This document shows, piece by piece, positions 47,461-57,129 of a stretch of 64,000 bases of DNA. The first letter of the stretch is position 1; every line of letters starts with the position of its first letter. The DNA is from Nitrososphaerota archaeon. Lineage in GTDB: Archaea > Thermoproteota > Nitrososphaeria_A > Caldarchaeales > Caldarchaeaceae. Location of the stretch: positions 416,001-480,000 of the forward strand of contig JBEPYN010000002.1 in NCBI GenBank assembly GCA_041641305.1, read 5' to 3'. The notes beneath the pieces are model-generated. The model ran no database searches and had not been told where the DNA came from. It saw only the letters and a list, made by a program, of their open reading frames with translations. A program made the translations under genes and the position numbers.

Positions 47461-47490
47461 GAGTATGTTTATAACATCATCCAACACAGC

Positions 47491-48417
47491 GTGTCCATGG
47501 TTGTTTTCTTTGGAGCAGTCATTCCACGCTATGACGTGGATTTTAGAAAAGTTGTGGACACGGTTTTGATGTTTGAGGAGCTTGGTTTTTCCTCGCTCTG
47601 GGTAACTGACCACATGCAGCCCCGCCGCGCCTCACGCATCCTCGAGTCATGGACGCTTCTCTCAGCGCTTGCGCCTGTGACGGATGCGAGACTGGGAACG
47701 GTTGTCCTATGCTCATGCTACCGCCACCCCTCTCTTCTCGCGAAAATGGCCGCAACCCTCGACATCATCAGCAACGGACGCCTCGAGCTCGGCGTTGGAA
47801 CAGGGTCGGAGCCACAGGCCGAGGAGCTAGAGGCCCTTGGAATGGAGACATGGAAGCCCAAAGAAAGAATTCCACGTCTGCGAGAATATGTTGAGGTGCT
47901 GCGGCTGCTGCTTTCCGACGGCGACCCCGCCACCTACCAAGGCAGGTTCTACACGCTCAAAAAAGCGATGCGCAACACGCCCACGGTCCAGAAACCACAT
48001 CCACCCATATGGATAGGTGCGCGAAAAGGGAAAATGGTTAAGCTGGCGGCCGAGATAGGCGATGGCTGGAACTTCTACGGCGAAACACTGACAGAATACA
48101 GAGAGGCCGTCAAACATTTTGACGAAGAATGCGACAAGCTAGGCAGAAGACCGAGCAAAGCAATCTTCACAAACCTCCTAATCTACAAGGATGAAACGGA
48201 CAAGAGGGAGAAGATAAAGCACCTCGGCGCCTTCGAAACCGAGGAACAAGCCCTGCGCAAAACCTTTACACTCCTACACGGAACCCCTGACCAAGTCATC
48301 AAACAGGTTGAGGAGCTACAGAGTCTCGGCGTCGGACTCGTCATCCTACGAGACATGGACCCAGAAACATCAAGCATAAAAGACTTCGCCAAAGAAATCA
48401 TCCCATCCTTCAAATGA
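47491..48417 (+). CDS. LLM-class flavin/F420-dependent oxidoreductase
   Basis: GFSSLWVTDH, ESWTLLSALA, RHPSLLAKMAATLDIISNGRLELGVG and PPIWIG. Confidence 0.9.
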   Translation: MSMVVFFGAVIPRYDVDFRKVVDTVLMFEELGFSSLWVTDHMQPRRASRILESWTLLSALAPVTDARLGTVVLCSCYRHPSLLAKMAATLDIISNGRLELGVGTGSEPQAEELEALGMETWKPKERIPRLREYVEVLRLLLSDGDPATYQGRFYTLKKAMRNTPTVQKPHPPIWIGARKGKMVKLAAEIGDGWNFYGETLTEYREAVKHFDEECDKLGRRPSKAIFTNLLIYKDETDKREKIKHLGAFETEEQALRKTFTLLHGTPDQVIKQVEELQSLGVGLVILRDMDPETSSIKDFAKEIIPSFK

Positions 48418-48461
48418 GCCAGCACAGAACAAGACCCGCCCACATCCAGACAAACGCTAAG

Positions 48462-48914
48462 TCACCCGACGTAGACCGCGCTTAACCCTTCACTCAAGGC
48501 GATATCACATAGTTTCCTGTCAGCGACTACTATTTGATCAGCGGATACATATTTCGCGGACGTTATCTGCAGCGCGTCAGCCTGGTAGATATGATGTTTC
48601 TCTATAAGCTTCCAAGCATCTCTCAATATGGAAAACCTTAGATGAATTATTGTTAGTGCGCCGAGCCTCGTCAACCGGTTCAGCTCGTTCAAAAATCTTC
48701 TCTTGGCCGCGACACGGTCCTCTTCACTTCTCCTGCCTATTGTATAGGCTTTATCAAGAACTCCCAACATCTCGCCTATATTCCATACGCTTGACGCGAG
48801 CTTCGCCCCGCCCGCGTAAGCGCTTCTATACAGCGACCTGACGAATTCGCTGCCGGGCTTATCCACGTATCTCTTGACGATTGCACTAGTGTCCAGATAA
48901 ACTATCTCTCTCAT
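48462..48914 (-). CDS. vapC: PIN-domain VapC toxin
   Basis: YLDTSAIVKRY, ADALQITSA and ADRKL. Confidence 0.85.
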   Translation of the reverse strand: MREIVYLDTSAIVKRYVDKPGSEFVRSLYRSAYAGGAKLASSVWNIGEMLGVLDKAYTIGRRSEEDRVAAKRRFLNELNRLTRLGALTIIHLRFSILRDAWKLIEKHHIYQADALQITSAKYVSADQIVVADRKLCDIALSEGLSAVYVG

Positions 48915-49158
48915 CCCTCATCTCTCTGACGAGACCACTTACTAATCCTGTGGCCGGCTTCACAGGCTCAAAATCAAGCTCTATCTCCCCCTGTTCAGCT
49001 AACTCCTCCAAAGCGGCCTGTAGATCTATCATCAGCTCCTCGCGCATCAGCTCTTCGAGCAAAACACTAACCTCCCTCTCCTGTTCTGCGGCATACTTCT
49101 TGAACCTACGCCAAATCTCACCGTCGACGTATACGCTGCTTTTCACCTTAGATGACAT
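48886..49158 (-). CDS. RHH antitoxin (VapB-like)
   Basis: KVKSSVYVDGEIWRRFKKYA...VSVLLEELM; overlaps vapC. Confidence 0.75.
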   Translation of the reverse strand: MSSKVKSSVYVDGEIWRRFKKYAAEQEREVSVLLEELMREELMIDLQAALEELAEQGEIELDFEPVKPATGLVSGLVREMRDERDSLSGH

Positions 49159-49372
49159 CTTTCGACTAATAGTATACCTTGTCGGCATATAAGCTGTTCG
49201 GTACATCGGTCTTTACCTACATAAAACAAAGACTCCCCATTTTGAGGTGAGTACATAGACCCAATAAATCACCAAGTCGTGGATGCAGTCAACACATGTG
49301 TTTTTTTATGTCCATGGATGGTTATCGTGGTTTTTTGTAATATTTATTAAACGGGCTCGTATTACAGAACCC

Positions 49373-49648
49373 GTGAGCACGATAAGCTTCAGGGTTGATA
49401 AGAGACTTAAAGCAAGGGTAGACAGGCTTCGCCACATAAACTGGAGCGAGCTGCTCCGAAAATATGTTGAGACAGTGGTGGAGCAGGAGGAGCAGAAACA
49501 AAGGCCACGCAGAGACCCTTTAACGATGAAACGCGCGGTCGAGGAGATGGATAGACTGGCGAAAATCACCGAAGGCTCGGATTGGATAGCGGCGGATGAG
49601 GTGATAAAATGGAGGAGGAGAAGATTCTCGTACTTGACGCAAGCGTAG
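49373..49648 (+). CDS. RHH antitoxin (VapB-like)
   Basis: STISFRVDKRLK...INWSELLRKYV; overlaps the PIN gene. Confidence 0.75.
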   Translation: MSTISFRVDKRLKARVDRLRHINWSELLRKYVETVVEQEEQKQRPRRDPLTMKRAVEEMDRLAKITEGSDWIAADEVIKWRRRRFSYLTQA

Positions 49649-50037
49649 CTGTGAAATGGTTTAACGTCGAGCCTTTTCGCGACAAAGCCCTGCTGATAAG
49701 GGACAAATATGTTAGAGGTGAGGTGGACCTAATCGCACCATGTCTCCTGTTCTTTGAAGTGGCTAACGCCTTGCGATACAACCCTAGGTTTGGAATAGAA
49801 GAAGTTAAATCAGCTCTTGCGGCTTTAGAAGACCTAGGCATAACAATCCATGACCTTAGGGGAGAGTTGAAGTTCTTTGCAGTAGAGGCTGCGTATAGGT
49901 ATGGGATCACGTTCTATGACTCGTCCTATGTCGCGTTAGCCATGATGGAGAATGCAGTTCTCTACACCGCTGACAAAGAGGTTGTTGCTAAAACGATGCT
50001 CCCGAACGTTAAACATCTTGCAGAATTAGCGCCGTGA
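49609..50037 (+). CDS. vapC: PIN-domain VapC toxin
   Basis: VLDASVAVKW, EVANAL, TFYDSSYVALA and LYTAD. Confidence 0.9.
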   Translation: MEEEKILVLDASVAVKWFNVEPFRDKALLIRDKYVRGEVDLIAPCLLFFEVANALRYNPRFGIEEVKSALAALEDLGITIHDLRGELKFFAVEAAYRYGITFYDSSYVALAMMENAVLYTADKEVVAKTMLPNVKHLAELAP

Positions 50038-50099
50038 CTGAAAAAATTTCAGTTATTGCCCGGCGCGAGCTTAAATTATTCCCCTGCAGAAACATAGTT

Positions 50100-50516
50100 G
50101 TGAAAGTAGTTTATGACACGGTTGTGTTGAACACAAGGTCGCGGGTTGAGTTGCATGATGTTTCTCATGAGGTTGAGAGAGTTGTCGCGGCGTCTGGTGT
50201 GAAGCAGGGGCTGGTGAACGTTTTTTCACAGCACACCACATTCGCCCTCTACCTCAACGAGAACGAGTCAAACCTCAAGCGCGATGTGCTCGAGTTTCTC
50301 GAAAAGCTTGCACCCCAGAGAGAAGGATACCACCACGACACAATCGACCCAACCGCCAACACTTTCTCTCACCTCCGCTCCATCCTCCTCAGCCACGTCA
50401 TAACACTGCCGATAAAAGACGGCAAAGTAGTGAGAGGCACGTGGCAATCCATCATAGCAGCCGAGTTCGACGGCCCACGAACACGCAAACTCCTCGTACA
50501 GGTTTTGGGCGAGTAG
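50100..50516 (+). CDS. yjbQ: YjbQ/UPF0047 family protein
   Basis: HTT...NENE, YHHD, N..SHLRS and GTWQSI...EFDGPR.R. Confidence 0.9.
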   Translation: MKVVYDTVVLNTRSRVELHDVSHEVERVVAASGVKQGLVNVFSQHTTFALYLNENESNLKRDVLEFLEKLAPQREGYHHDTIDPTANTFSHLRSILLSHVITLPIKDGKVVRGTWQSIIAAEFDGPRTRKLLVQVLGE

Positions 50517-50519
50517 AGG

Positions 50520-51062
50520 CTACACCTTCAACAATCCGCGGAACCCTCTGCTCCCGTAGAAAGATTGTGCACTATTCGCTCCTATGAAGACAGTGTCGTA
50601 TCTTCTCTGTCCATATATTGCTCCGCCGAGTTTCCTGATTTTCTCCGGTGTTTTAAGCCAGCTGGATGTGCGGAGGTCAAATTCGCTGAAAGACTGCAGC
50701 CACCTGTACTGCTCCTCTGTCAAAACCTCTACACCCATGGATTTGGCCATGTCGAAGACGTTTCCACGTGGCTTGACACCTTTTCTCAGCTTCTCTGCCT
50801 CACGGTCGTAGCAGAGATTCCTCCGCCCCTTCGGGCTCTCGGCTGAACAATCCATGAAAACATACTCGTCATCAACGTATGCGACCAGACAAGGCTCACC
50901 ACCAGTCTCCTCCATCCTGCGAAGAACCGTAAGCTTATCTCGCTCCTCCTGCAGAGCATCCACAACACGCTCCCACACAACACCATCCAACGGAAACCTC
51001 TCACGAGCCCACTCAAACCTCTGCCTCAAAATATTCAGCAACCTCTCCTCAACACCCACCAA
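50520..51062 (-). CDS. DUF4256 family protein
   Basis: MEETGGEP, DCSAESPKGRR.LCYD.EA, FD.RTSSW.KTP..IRKLGGA and A.SFY.SRGFRG.L.V. Confidence 0.8.
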   Translation of the reverse strand: MVGVEERLLNILRQRFEWARERFPLDGVVWERVVDALQEERDKLTVLRRMEETGGEPCLVAYVDDEYVFMDCSAESPKGRRNLCYDREAEKLRKGVKPRGNVFDMAKSMGVEVLTEEQYRWLQSFSEFDLRTSSWLKTPEKIRKLGGAIYGQRRYDTVFIGANSAQSFYGSRGFRGLLKV

Positions 51063-51143
51063 GCTCTATCTCACGCCGCATAAGCAACAATGGCTGAATT
51101 TATGCAATCGTGTTTAAATATCCTCAAACAAGAATCAAAACAT

Positions 51144-51248
51144 GGGCCCGTAGCTTAGCATGGATAGAGCGCTGGCCTCCGGAGCCAGAGGTCGTGAGCG
51201 GCGGTACGGAAGTGCCGCGCCGGCAGGGTTCAAATCCCACCGGGCCCG
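51144..51248 (+). tRNA. tRNA-Arg(CCG) with a 30-nt intron (51197..51226) in the T-stem
   Basis: Acceptor GGGCCCG/CGGGCCC, anticodon stem CTGGC-CTCCGGA-GCCAG, T-arm GTG|GG-TTCAAAT-CCCAC; BHB helix GUCG/CGGC with bulges UGA/AGG; TTTAAATA box upstream. Confidence 0.95.
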
Positions 51249-51302
51249 TAAAATATGTCACTGGAGGGGTTGTGGATTTTTAACAAGCCGTGAATATAGC
51301 TT

Positions 51303-52187
51303 TTGGGTGTTATGGTGCAGAGTCTCTCGGCTTACTGGGACTGGGTTGCGAGGACCTCTTTCCATCTCAGACATGATAAGCCAGCGGTCACCGATGTTTT
51401 CTACCGCCAAATTGTTTTGTCCCTGCTTGACCAGCTCGTGTCAGGGAACCCAAGGAGGATTCTCAAACTCGATGCCTACAACGAGGCAACCAACACCCAA
51501 TACGGCTACTATTTGATGAAGAACGACCGGGAACTAGTCCTCGTGGACATATCGTCGGGGATAGCTAAGAAAGCGTACGAAAGAGCCAAGGCGAAAAAGC
51601 TCTACGGCAGAACACATATAGTTGTGGGAGACTTTAGACGATTGCCGCTGCGCTCCGGATGCGTCGACATGTCATGCAGCTTCGGGAGCATCGAACATGT
51701 TCCCGAATATGATGTAGCCTTCTGCGAGCAGGTCCGTGTGGTGAAGGAGGGAGGCGAGGTCGTCGTCGGGGTTCCCAACATCGCCAACCTCTGGTTCAGG
51801 GTCGTCTCAACCAAGATACTCCATGTGCTGGGATTGATGAGGAAGATGACAAACCCTGAGAAACATTTTCTCAGGCCACAGCTCATAGCCCTGGCCAAAA
51901 GCCTCGGCCTCTCGGACATAGTTTTCTCCGGCTACCACTTGTTCCCGAAACAGCTCAGGTGGCTGGACCTGTGGCTGGACTCGAGAGGGCGAAACCCTCT
52001 CCGTAGAAGCGGCCTCTTTTTCTGGCTACTGAAGGGCTTCACACTGCTTGAGCTCAAGTATCCGTTTGTGAGAAACTTTGCTGAAATGATTTTGGTTAGA
52101 GGTGTCAGAGTAGTGGGACAGGATAGAGGGCGGCGAAGTATAGGAGATGAAGCAGCAGATAAAGGCCTGTTAAAGCAGTCCACTTGA
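51303..52187 (+). CDS. class I SAM-dependent methyltransferase
   Basis: LVDIS, VGDFRRLPL..G.VD, IEHV and RVVKEGG. Confidence 0.8.
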   Translation: MGVMVQSLSAYWDWVARTSFHLRHDKPAVTDVFYRQIVLSLLDQLVSGNPRRILKLDAYNEATNTQYGYYLMKNDRELVLVDISSGIAKKAYERAKAKKLYGRTHIVVGDFRRLPLRSGCVDMSCSFGSIEHVPEYDVAFCEQVRVVKEGGEVVVGVPNIANLWFRVVSTKILHVLGLMRKMTNPEKHFLRPQLIALAKSLGLSDIVFSGYHLFPKQLRWLDLWLDSRGRNPLRRSGLFFWLLKGFTLLELKYPFVRNFAEMILVRGVRVVGQDRGRRSIGDEAADKGLLKQST

Positions 52188-53361
52188 CCGACTTGCCTGA
52201 GCTTTCCTCGTAAAGTCTTTTGCCGAGAAAATATGAGATGGCGATTATTACTGGTGGAAGAATTGTGAGGATATAGAAGAGGTATATCAGGCCTCTGAAG
52301 GCCATGTTGACTATGATCCAGCCCATCAGGCCGCCGAACCAGTAGAGAGATGTAAACCGGCCCAGCGCATCTTTTCTCGCAAGCCACAGCATGTAAAGCA
52401 TGGCGGGCACCATGAAGGCCAGAACTGTCCAGCTCACCTGTATGACATAGCTGTATCTAAGGCCCGGCGTAACCAGCGGCCCCGTAACAACCGTTGCGGG
52501 GTTAATCTGGTATCCGGGAACTATGGCAACGGCCCTTGTCACCGGGTAGTTGAAAAACCACTGCCATATTTCGCTGCGTCCCGCTGCCGTAGGGTTGCTG
52601 ATGCTCAGCCTCGAGAGCATCAGCGAAATTCTTTCAACAAGGTTTGATGAACGGGGAACGAGGATGACCCACTCCAGCAAATACCACAGCACGGCGACTG
52701 AGACACCGGTGGCTATGAGAAGCGTCAGCACAGTTTTCCAGTCAAACCGCTGAAGCCAGCTCCTCTCTTTTTTACGAGTTTTTCCACCGGTTTTCCAACC
52801 TGTGTACAGTAGCAGGGGGACAATAACTACGAGCGCCGACTCTTTCGCGAGGAAAGACGCCGCGAATAAAGGCGCCGCCAATATCTTCCGTTTTAAGTTA
52901 TCGTCCAGCAGAAAATAGATTCCGGCGAGCAGGAAGACTAGCATGAATATGTCTATGCGGGCTACGCGGGAGAAGTAGAAGGTGAGGGTTTCGAATGAGA
53001 AGAGGAAAGTAGCAATTGGTGTTGCATAGCTATACTCTTTTCGGCCCTGAAACAGTCTGCTAACCACGAGGTAGAAAATAGGTATAGCTATTGTTCCTGC
53101 CACAGCGGACATTATACGCCATCCAAAGGGGTTGTCGCCGAACACCAGCATGCCTAACGCTATGAGCATCTTGCCCAGCGGAGGATGTCCATACCTAGGG
53201 TCTATGGGCAACCCCTGCTCATTCTGACCCAGGATACTTCTTGCATCTGGCACATAGTAAACCTCGTCACCTATCTGTCTGTCGGGAACATCCAGCTTAT
53301 ACAGCCTGATAAAAAAAGAAGCAACAGTCAACAAGATGATGAAGACGATACGCTTATTCAT
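52105..53361 (-). CDS. GT-C (PMT/GT39-like) membrane glycosyltransferase
   Basis: DEVYY, HPPLGK.LIALG, PFGWR and SRVARID; many TM helices. Confidence 0.85.
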   Translation of the reverse strand: MNKRIVFIILLTVASFFIRLYKLDVPDRQIGDEVYYVPDARSILGQNEQGLPIDPRYGHPPLGKMLIALGMLVFGDNPFGWRIMSAVAGTIAIPIFYLVVSRLFQGRKEYSYATPIATFLFSFETLTFYFSRVARIDIFMLVFLLAGIYFLLDDNLKRKILAAPLFAASFLAKESALVVIVPLLLYTGWKTGGKTRKKERSWLQRFDWKTVLTLLIATGVSVAVLWYLLEWVILVPRSSNLVERISLMLSRLSISNPTAAGRSEIWQWFFNYPVTRAVAIVPGYQINPATVVTGPLVTPGLRYSYVIQVSWTVLAFMVPAMLYMLWLARKDALGRFTSLYWFGGLMGWIIVNMAFRGLIYLFYILTILPPVIIAISYFLGKRLYEESSGKSVKWTALTGLYLLLHLLYFAALYPVPLL

Positions 53362-53424
53362 TCGAGAACGGTGTCTCTGCTCTTATCTAAAAATTTTAAT
53401 TTTGACGGCCCGTTTAAACGAGTT

Positions 53425-53787
53425 AAGGGTTTGGTTAGAGACCTTGTCTACTGGCTGATGCTGCAGCGGTCCCAGTGGTATAGCAGGGAGAAATTAGCCC
53501 GTATTCAGGCCAAGAAGCTCGGCAAGCTCTTGAAACACGCTTATGAAAAGGTTCCGTTCTACAGAGGGGCTTACCGCGACATGTTTACTGAAGATCTTGG
53601 AGAAAATCCTCTAACGGTGCTGAAAAAGCTTTCCCTCGTATCTAGGAGGATGCTGGCTGAAACTCGGCTTGAGCTGCGGACAGCAACATCCATCAACCCC
53701 GCAAAATGTCTAAAACGGCATACAATGGGATATTCCGGAGAATGTTATACACCAAGGAACTACGCGTTCATGTATCGTGTCTATTAG
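53425..53787 (+). pseudogene. truncated phenylacetate-CoA ligase/CapK-like gene
   Basis: SQW.S.E.L..IQ...L..LL.HAYEKVPFYR; decayed P-loop TMGYSG (for TSGSTG) followed by a stop. Confidence 0.65.
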
Positions 53788-53824
53788 TCTTCTTAGCGGC
53801 TTATGTTGTTCTGGGGGAGATTGG

Positions 53825-55003
53825 CTAGCTTGTGGCTGCCCATAGTTTCATGAATTTGGAAACCCGTGTTAGAACATTTTTCTCACCCACCGCTGCCCAT
53901 GTTTTGATGTAGTCAACCATGGCATGTGGACCCGTGAGATGTAGCCATTTTACCCGACGCCACGCCATGTTGTAGGCTTCCTCGAGGGCTGTTGTATTTT
54001 TTCTCTGGGCCAAAGCAACTACTTTTTCCATGTTGTAATGCGTAATCTTTGCTATTGTTTTCCTACTGTCCTCGAAGCTTCTGTCCAAGAGTGATAGGGC
54101 ACTGGCTATGACTCCTCCGGCTGTTGATATTATGTCGGGTATTATGTTGATGCCCTTGTGTTCGAGGATGCGGGCGGTTGTTGTGGATATGGAGTAGTTG
54201 GCTATAGGGGCAACTATTCTACAGGGTATCGGCTCCGTGATGGTTTTCGGTCTTGCACCGGGAACGAAAATGTCTGCCTCGATATTTGTGATATTTGTAG
54301 GCGGTAGGAGACGGGAGCCCGGGTTCTTCTCGGCATAGATGTTGAGACATTTTTCTCCATGCTCTGCCCTCATATCCAGCAGCTGGTCTATGTCCAGGCC
54401 TTTGTGGTTTAAGAGAGTATGGTATTTGTTGGAGACCGCTACTATTCTGTAACCACGGCTGCTCAGGAGATAAGCTGCCGCGGTTCCCATGTTTCCAAAC
54501 CCCTGTAGTGCAACCGTCTCCACATCAATAAGTTGTTTGATGTGTTTGAGCGTTTCTATGGATGCGTGTAGACTCTCTGCGACGGCAAGCCCTGTGCGTG
54601 ATGGGATTGTTTGTCCACTGTGTAGTGTGGGCCGTCGCACGCCACCCAAAAATGAGTAAAGATACTGTACGTCTTCTTCGCTGAACCCCATGTCTGAGCC
54701 GGGTATGTAGCTTCCCTCAACCAGCAACTCTCTGGTTTTTTCAACAAATTTCTGAATCAGGGTTTTCTTGTTCACTGTTTCCGGGTCGGCCGCTATTCCT
54801 GTCTTGGCGCCGCCTACAGGTATACCTGCCAAAGAAGACTTCAGCGTCATCAGACGGGCCAACATCTCTGTCTCAGCTCTTGTCACGTCGCTGGCTATTC
54901 TAACTCCGCCCCAGCTAATCCCCATTATGAAAAAGTCTATGACAAGCCATCCACGGGCTATTCCAAGGTCAAGCTCTACAACCTTTCCCGGACGCACAAT
55001 CAA
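53825..55003 (-). CDS. Glu/Leu/Phe/Val dehydrogenase family protein
   Basis: GGVR, LAR.MTLK, GGAK, D.G, VALQGFGNMG and PDII..AGGVI. Confidence 0.85.
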   Translation of the reverse strand: MIVRPGKVVELDLGIARGWLVIDFFIMGISWGGVRIASDVTRAETEMLARLMTLKSSLAGIPVGGAKTGIAADPETVNKKTLIQKFVEKTRELLVEGSYIPGSDMGFSEEDVQYLYSFLGGVRRPTLHSGQTIPSRTGLAVAESLHASIETLKHIKQLIDVETVALQGFGNMGTAAAYLLSSRGYRIVAVSNKYHTLLNHKGLDIDQLLDMRAEHGEKCLNIYAEKNPGSRLLPPTNITNIEADIFVPGARPKTITEPIPCRIVAPIANYSISTTTARILEHKGINIIPDIISTAGGVIASALSLLDRSFEDSRKTIAKITHYNMEKVVALAQRKNTTALEEAYNMAWRRVKWLHLTGPHAMVDYIKTWAAVGEKNVLTRVSKFMKLWAATS

Positions 55004-55126
55004 CTACCTTGAACCATGCGGTGTAGCCAACTTGTTAACCTTTGTTAAGCCCCAAACAGGCCACCCTAGTCCGCGTATTACAACATAGTGGTTAAGGTTT
55101 TTTGACTGGTTTGGATATTTTCTGCT

Positions 55127-56323
55127 GTGCTTTCTTCACTTGATGAGTTGATGGCTCGGCAGGATGTTGACGCCGTTGTTGTATATGGTGAGTCGACGGC
55201 TTCTTGTCCGGAGTTGGCTTATCTTGTGAGGGCGCCGGTTGCGCGGGGTGGGTTGTATCTGAAGAAGAGGGGTGAGGAGCCTTTGCTGGTTGTGAGCAAC
55301 CTTGACGTGGAGAGTGCGCGAACTGGTCAGGTGTCTCTGGTCAGGACCTTTGACGACTATGGGTTGAGGTTGTTTGTGCGCAGGTTTGGGCGGGGCCGTG
55401 GCTGGGCAGAGTTTGTTTCAGAGGTTTTGCGGAGGGAGAGAGTAGGTGGATGGATTGTTTTGGCTGGCAGGTTTGAAGCGGGATGGGCGGTTTTTCTCGC
55501 GGAGGTTCTCCGTCGCCGCGGCTTCCGCGTCAAAGCCACTCCGGGGCCCTCGCTGCTCGACATTTGTAGACGAACAAAGGACAGCTGGGAGATTGAACGC
55601 ATCAGAGAAGCCGGCCGAAAAACCGTCGCCGTTGCCCAGCGAGTTGAGAAAATTCTTGAGGAAAGCCGCGTGGCGGGTGATAAAGTGCTTTATGAGAAAA
55701 AGCCTCTGACAGCCAACATCCTCCGACAGAGCGTTCGACAAGCATGCGCCGAACAGGGCCTAAACCTCGTTGAAGGATTTATCCTCGCCGTCGGAGAGGA
55801 GTCAGCAGACCCACACTACAGCGGCGAAAAAGACACGCCAATAAAACCCGGTGAACCGGTTCTTCTCGACATCTTTCCCGCGGATAAGACGGGCTACCGC
55901 TACGATTTCACAAGAACCTACTGCGTCGGACGAGCCAAACCACTCCTACGCAAAATGTTCACAGACACCGTTGACGCCCAGAACGCGGCGCTGGACATGA
56001 TCAGGGATAATGTTGTCTGCGAAGCCCCGTTTATCCGTGTTTGCAGGCTTTTCATGGCCCGTGGATGGCCCACTCCGCTGAGCAAGCAGCCTGTTGAGAG
56101 GGGTTTTGTTCACGGCCTCGGCCACGGACTTGGTTTGACGATTGGTGAAGAACCCTACCTAACACGATTCAGCCGCGACAACCTTCTCACGGGCGACGTC
56201 GTCACTGTTGAGCCGGGCCTCTATGACAAGAGTTTTGGAGGTGTCCGCGTCGAGGATGTCGTACATGTCGAGGGTGGTGGTTGTGTTGTTTTGGCTGAAC
56301 ATAGGCGGGAGCTGGAGCTTTAG
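55127..56323 (+). CDS. Xaa-Pro aminopeptidase (M24)
   Basis: PHY, D.....GYRYDFTRT, HGLGHGLGL, TVEPGLY and GGVRVED. Confidence 0.9.
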   Translation: MLSSLDELMARQDVDAVVVYGESTASCPELAYLVRAPVARGGLYLKKRGEEPLLVVSNLDVESARTGQVSLVRTFDDYGLRLFVRRFGRGRGWAEFVSEVLRRERVGGWIVLAGRFEAGWAVFLAEVLRRRGFRVKATPGPSLLDICRRTKDSWEIERIREAGRKTVAVAQRVEKILEESRVAGDKVLYEKKPLTANILRQSVRQACAEQGLNLVEGFILAVGEESADPHYSGEKDTPIKPGEPVLLDIFPADKTGYRYDFTRTYCVGRAKPLLRKMFTDTVDAQNAALDMIRDNVVCEAPFIRVCRLFMARGWPTPLSKQPVERGFVHGLGHGLGLTIGEEPYLTRFSRDNLLTGDVVTVEPGLYDKSFGGVRVEDVVHVEGGGCVVLAEHRRELEL

Positions 56324-57129
56324 CCGAGGAAAACCCAGAGAGAGTAAGCTGAGAAGGCTCCGTAAAATGATGTCAAAAGATTGACCAGGTCGTTGTTGAT
56401 AAGCCTGCTTCCACCGAGATAAAGTGTCTCTTTTCCGCAGTGTTTCTTGACCTCGACAGCTCGGCCACACACGGTGCACCTGTACCTTGACTGGACGAGT
56501 CCGCCGACGACGCTGTCGAACAGGCTCCCCGTAAACCCTGAGAAAACGCTGACCAGGGCGACCTTGTTGAAGGGCAGCGTGGCTGCGGAGAAGCCTGTGT
56601 AGAAGAAAATCGTCGCCGTGATGATGAAGCCTGTGACGAAGGCCGACATCAGGCCGAGAGGTGTAACGCCGCCAGGTGTCCCCGGCTCAGTTCTCTTCAA
56701 AGAGGTAATCAATATGGGCGGTCTTTTAGAGAGGAGGCCCAGTTCTGTCGACATGGTGTCGGCAAAAACCGCTGAGACCGCTCCTACGTAGAGCGGAAGA
56801 GCAGTGGAGGGGTCGTTGAGAAAGTAGCCGGCCGTAGCTATGAGGGCCGCCGCAAGACCGTTGCTTATCACGTTGCTCCATGTCCTCACGCCTCTGCCGT
56901 ATTCGCCGTATTTCTCGCGGTAGCGGTATCTTGTGGAGAAGCCAGATACGATGAAGAAGACGAGGAGAAGGAGGAAATGCATTCTGCCCCCGAAAATGTA
57001 TATCATGTAGCCCAAGACCGCGGCTGCCCCGGCTCCACGTAGGTCCAAGAAACGACCTGCAAGTGCCGCGGCTCCAACAGCGGCTATGACCACCGTCGCC
57101 TCTAAAAAATTCGTCAACAAACCCTTCAC
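56320..57129 (-). CDS. DUF92/TMEM19 membrane protein
   Basis: RTWSNVISNG, ADT.STELG, PGT.GGVT.LG, GSLFDS..G..Q and NND.VN. Confidence 0.85.
   Translation of the reverse strand: MKGLLTNFLEATVVIAAVGAAALAGRFLDLRGAGAAAVLGYMIYIFGGRMHFLLLLVFFIVSGFSTRYRYREKYGEYGRGVRTWSNVISNGLAAALIATAGYFLNDPSTALPLYVGAVSAVFADTMSTELGLLSKRPPILITSLKRTEPGTPGGVTPLGLMSAFVTGFIITATIFFYTGFSAATLPFNKVALVSVFSGFTGSLFDSVVGGLVQSRYRCTVCGRAVEVKKHCGKETLYLGGSRLINNDLVNLLTSFYGAFSAYSLWVFLG

Noticed and set aside
47440-47570. gatD interrupted by an intron
   Set aside because: No BHB at the break and no resumption of GatD sequence in the window.
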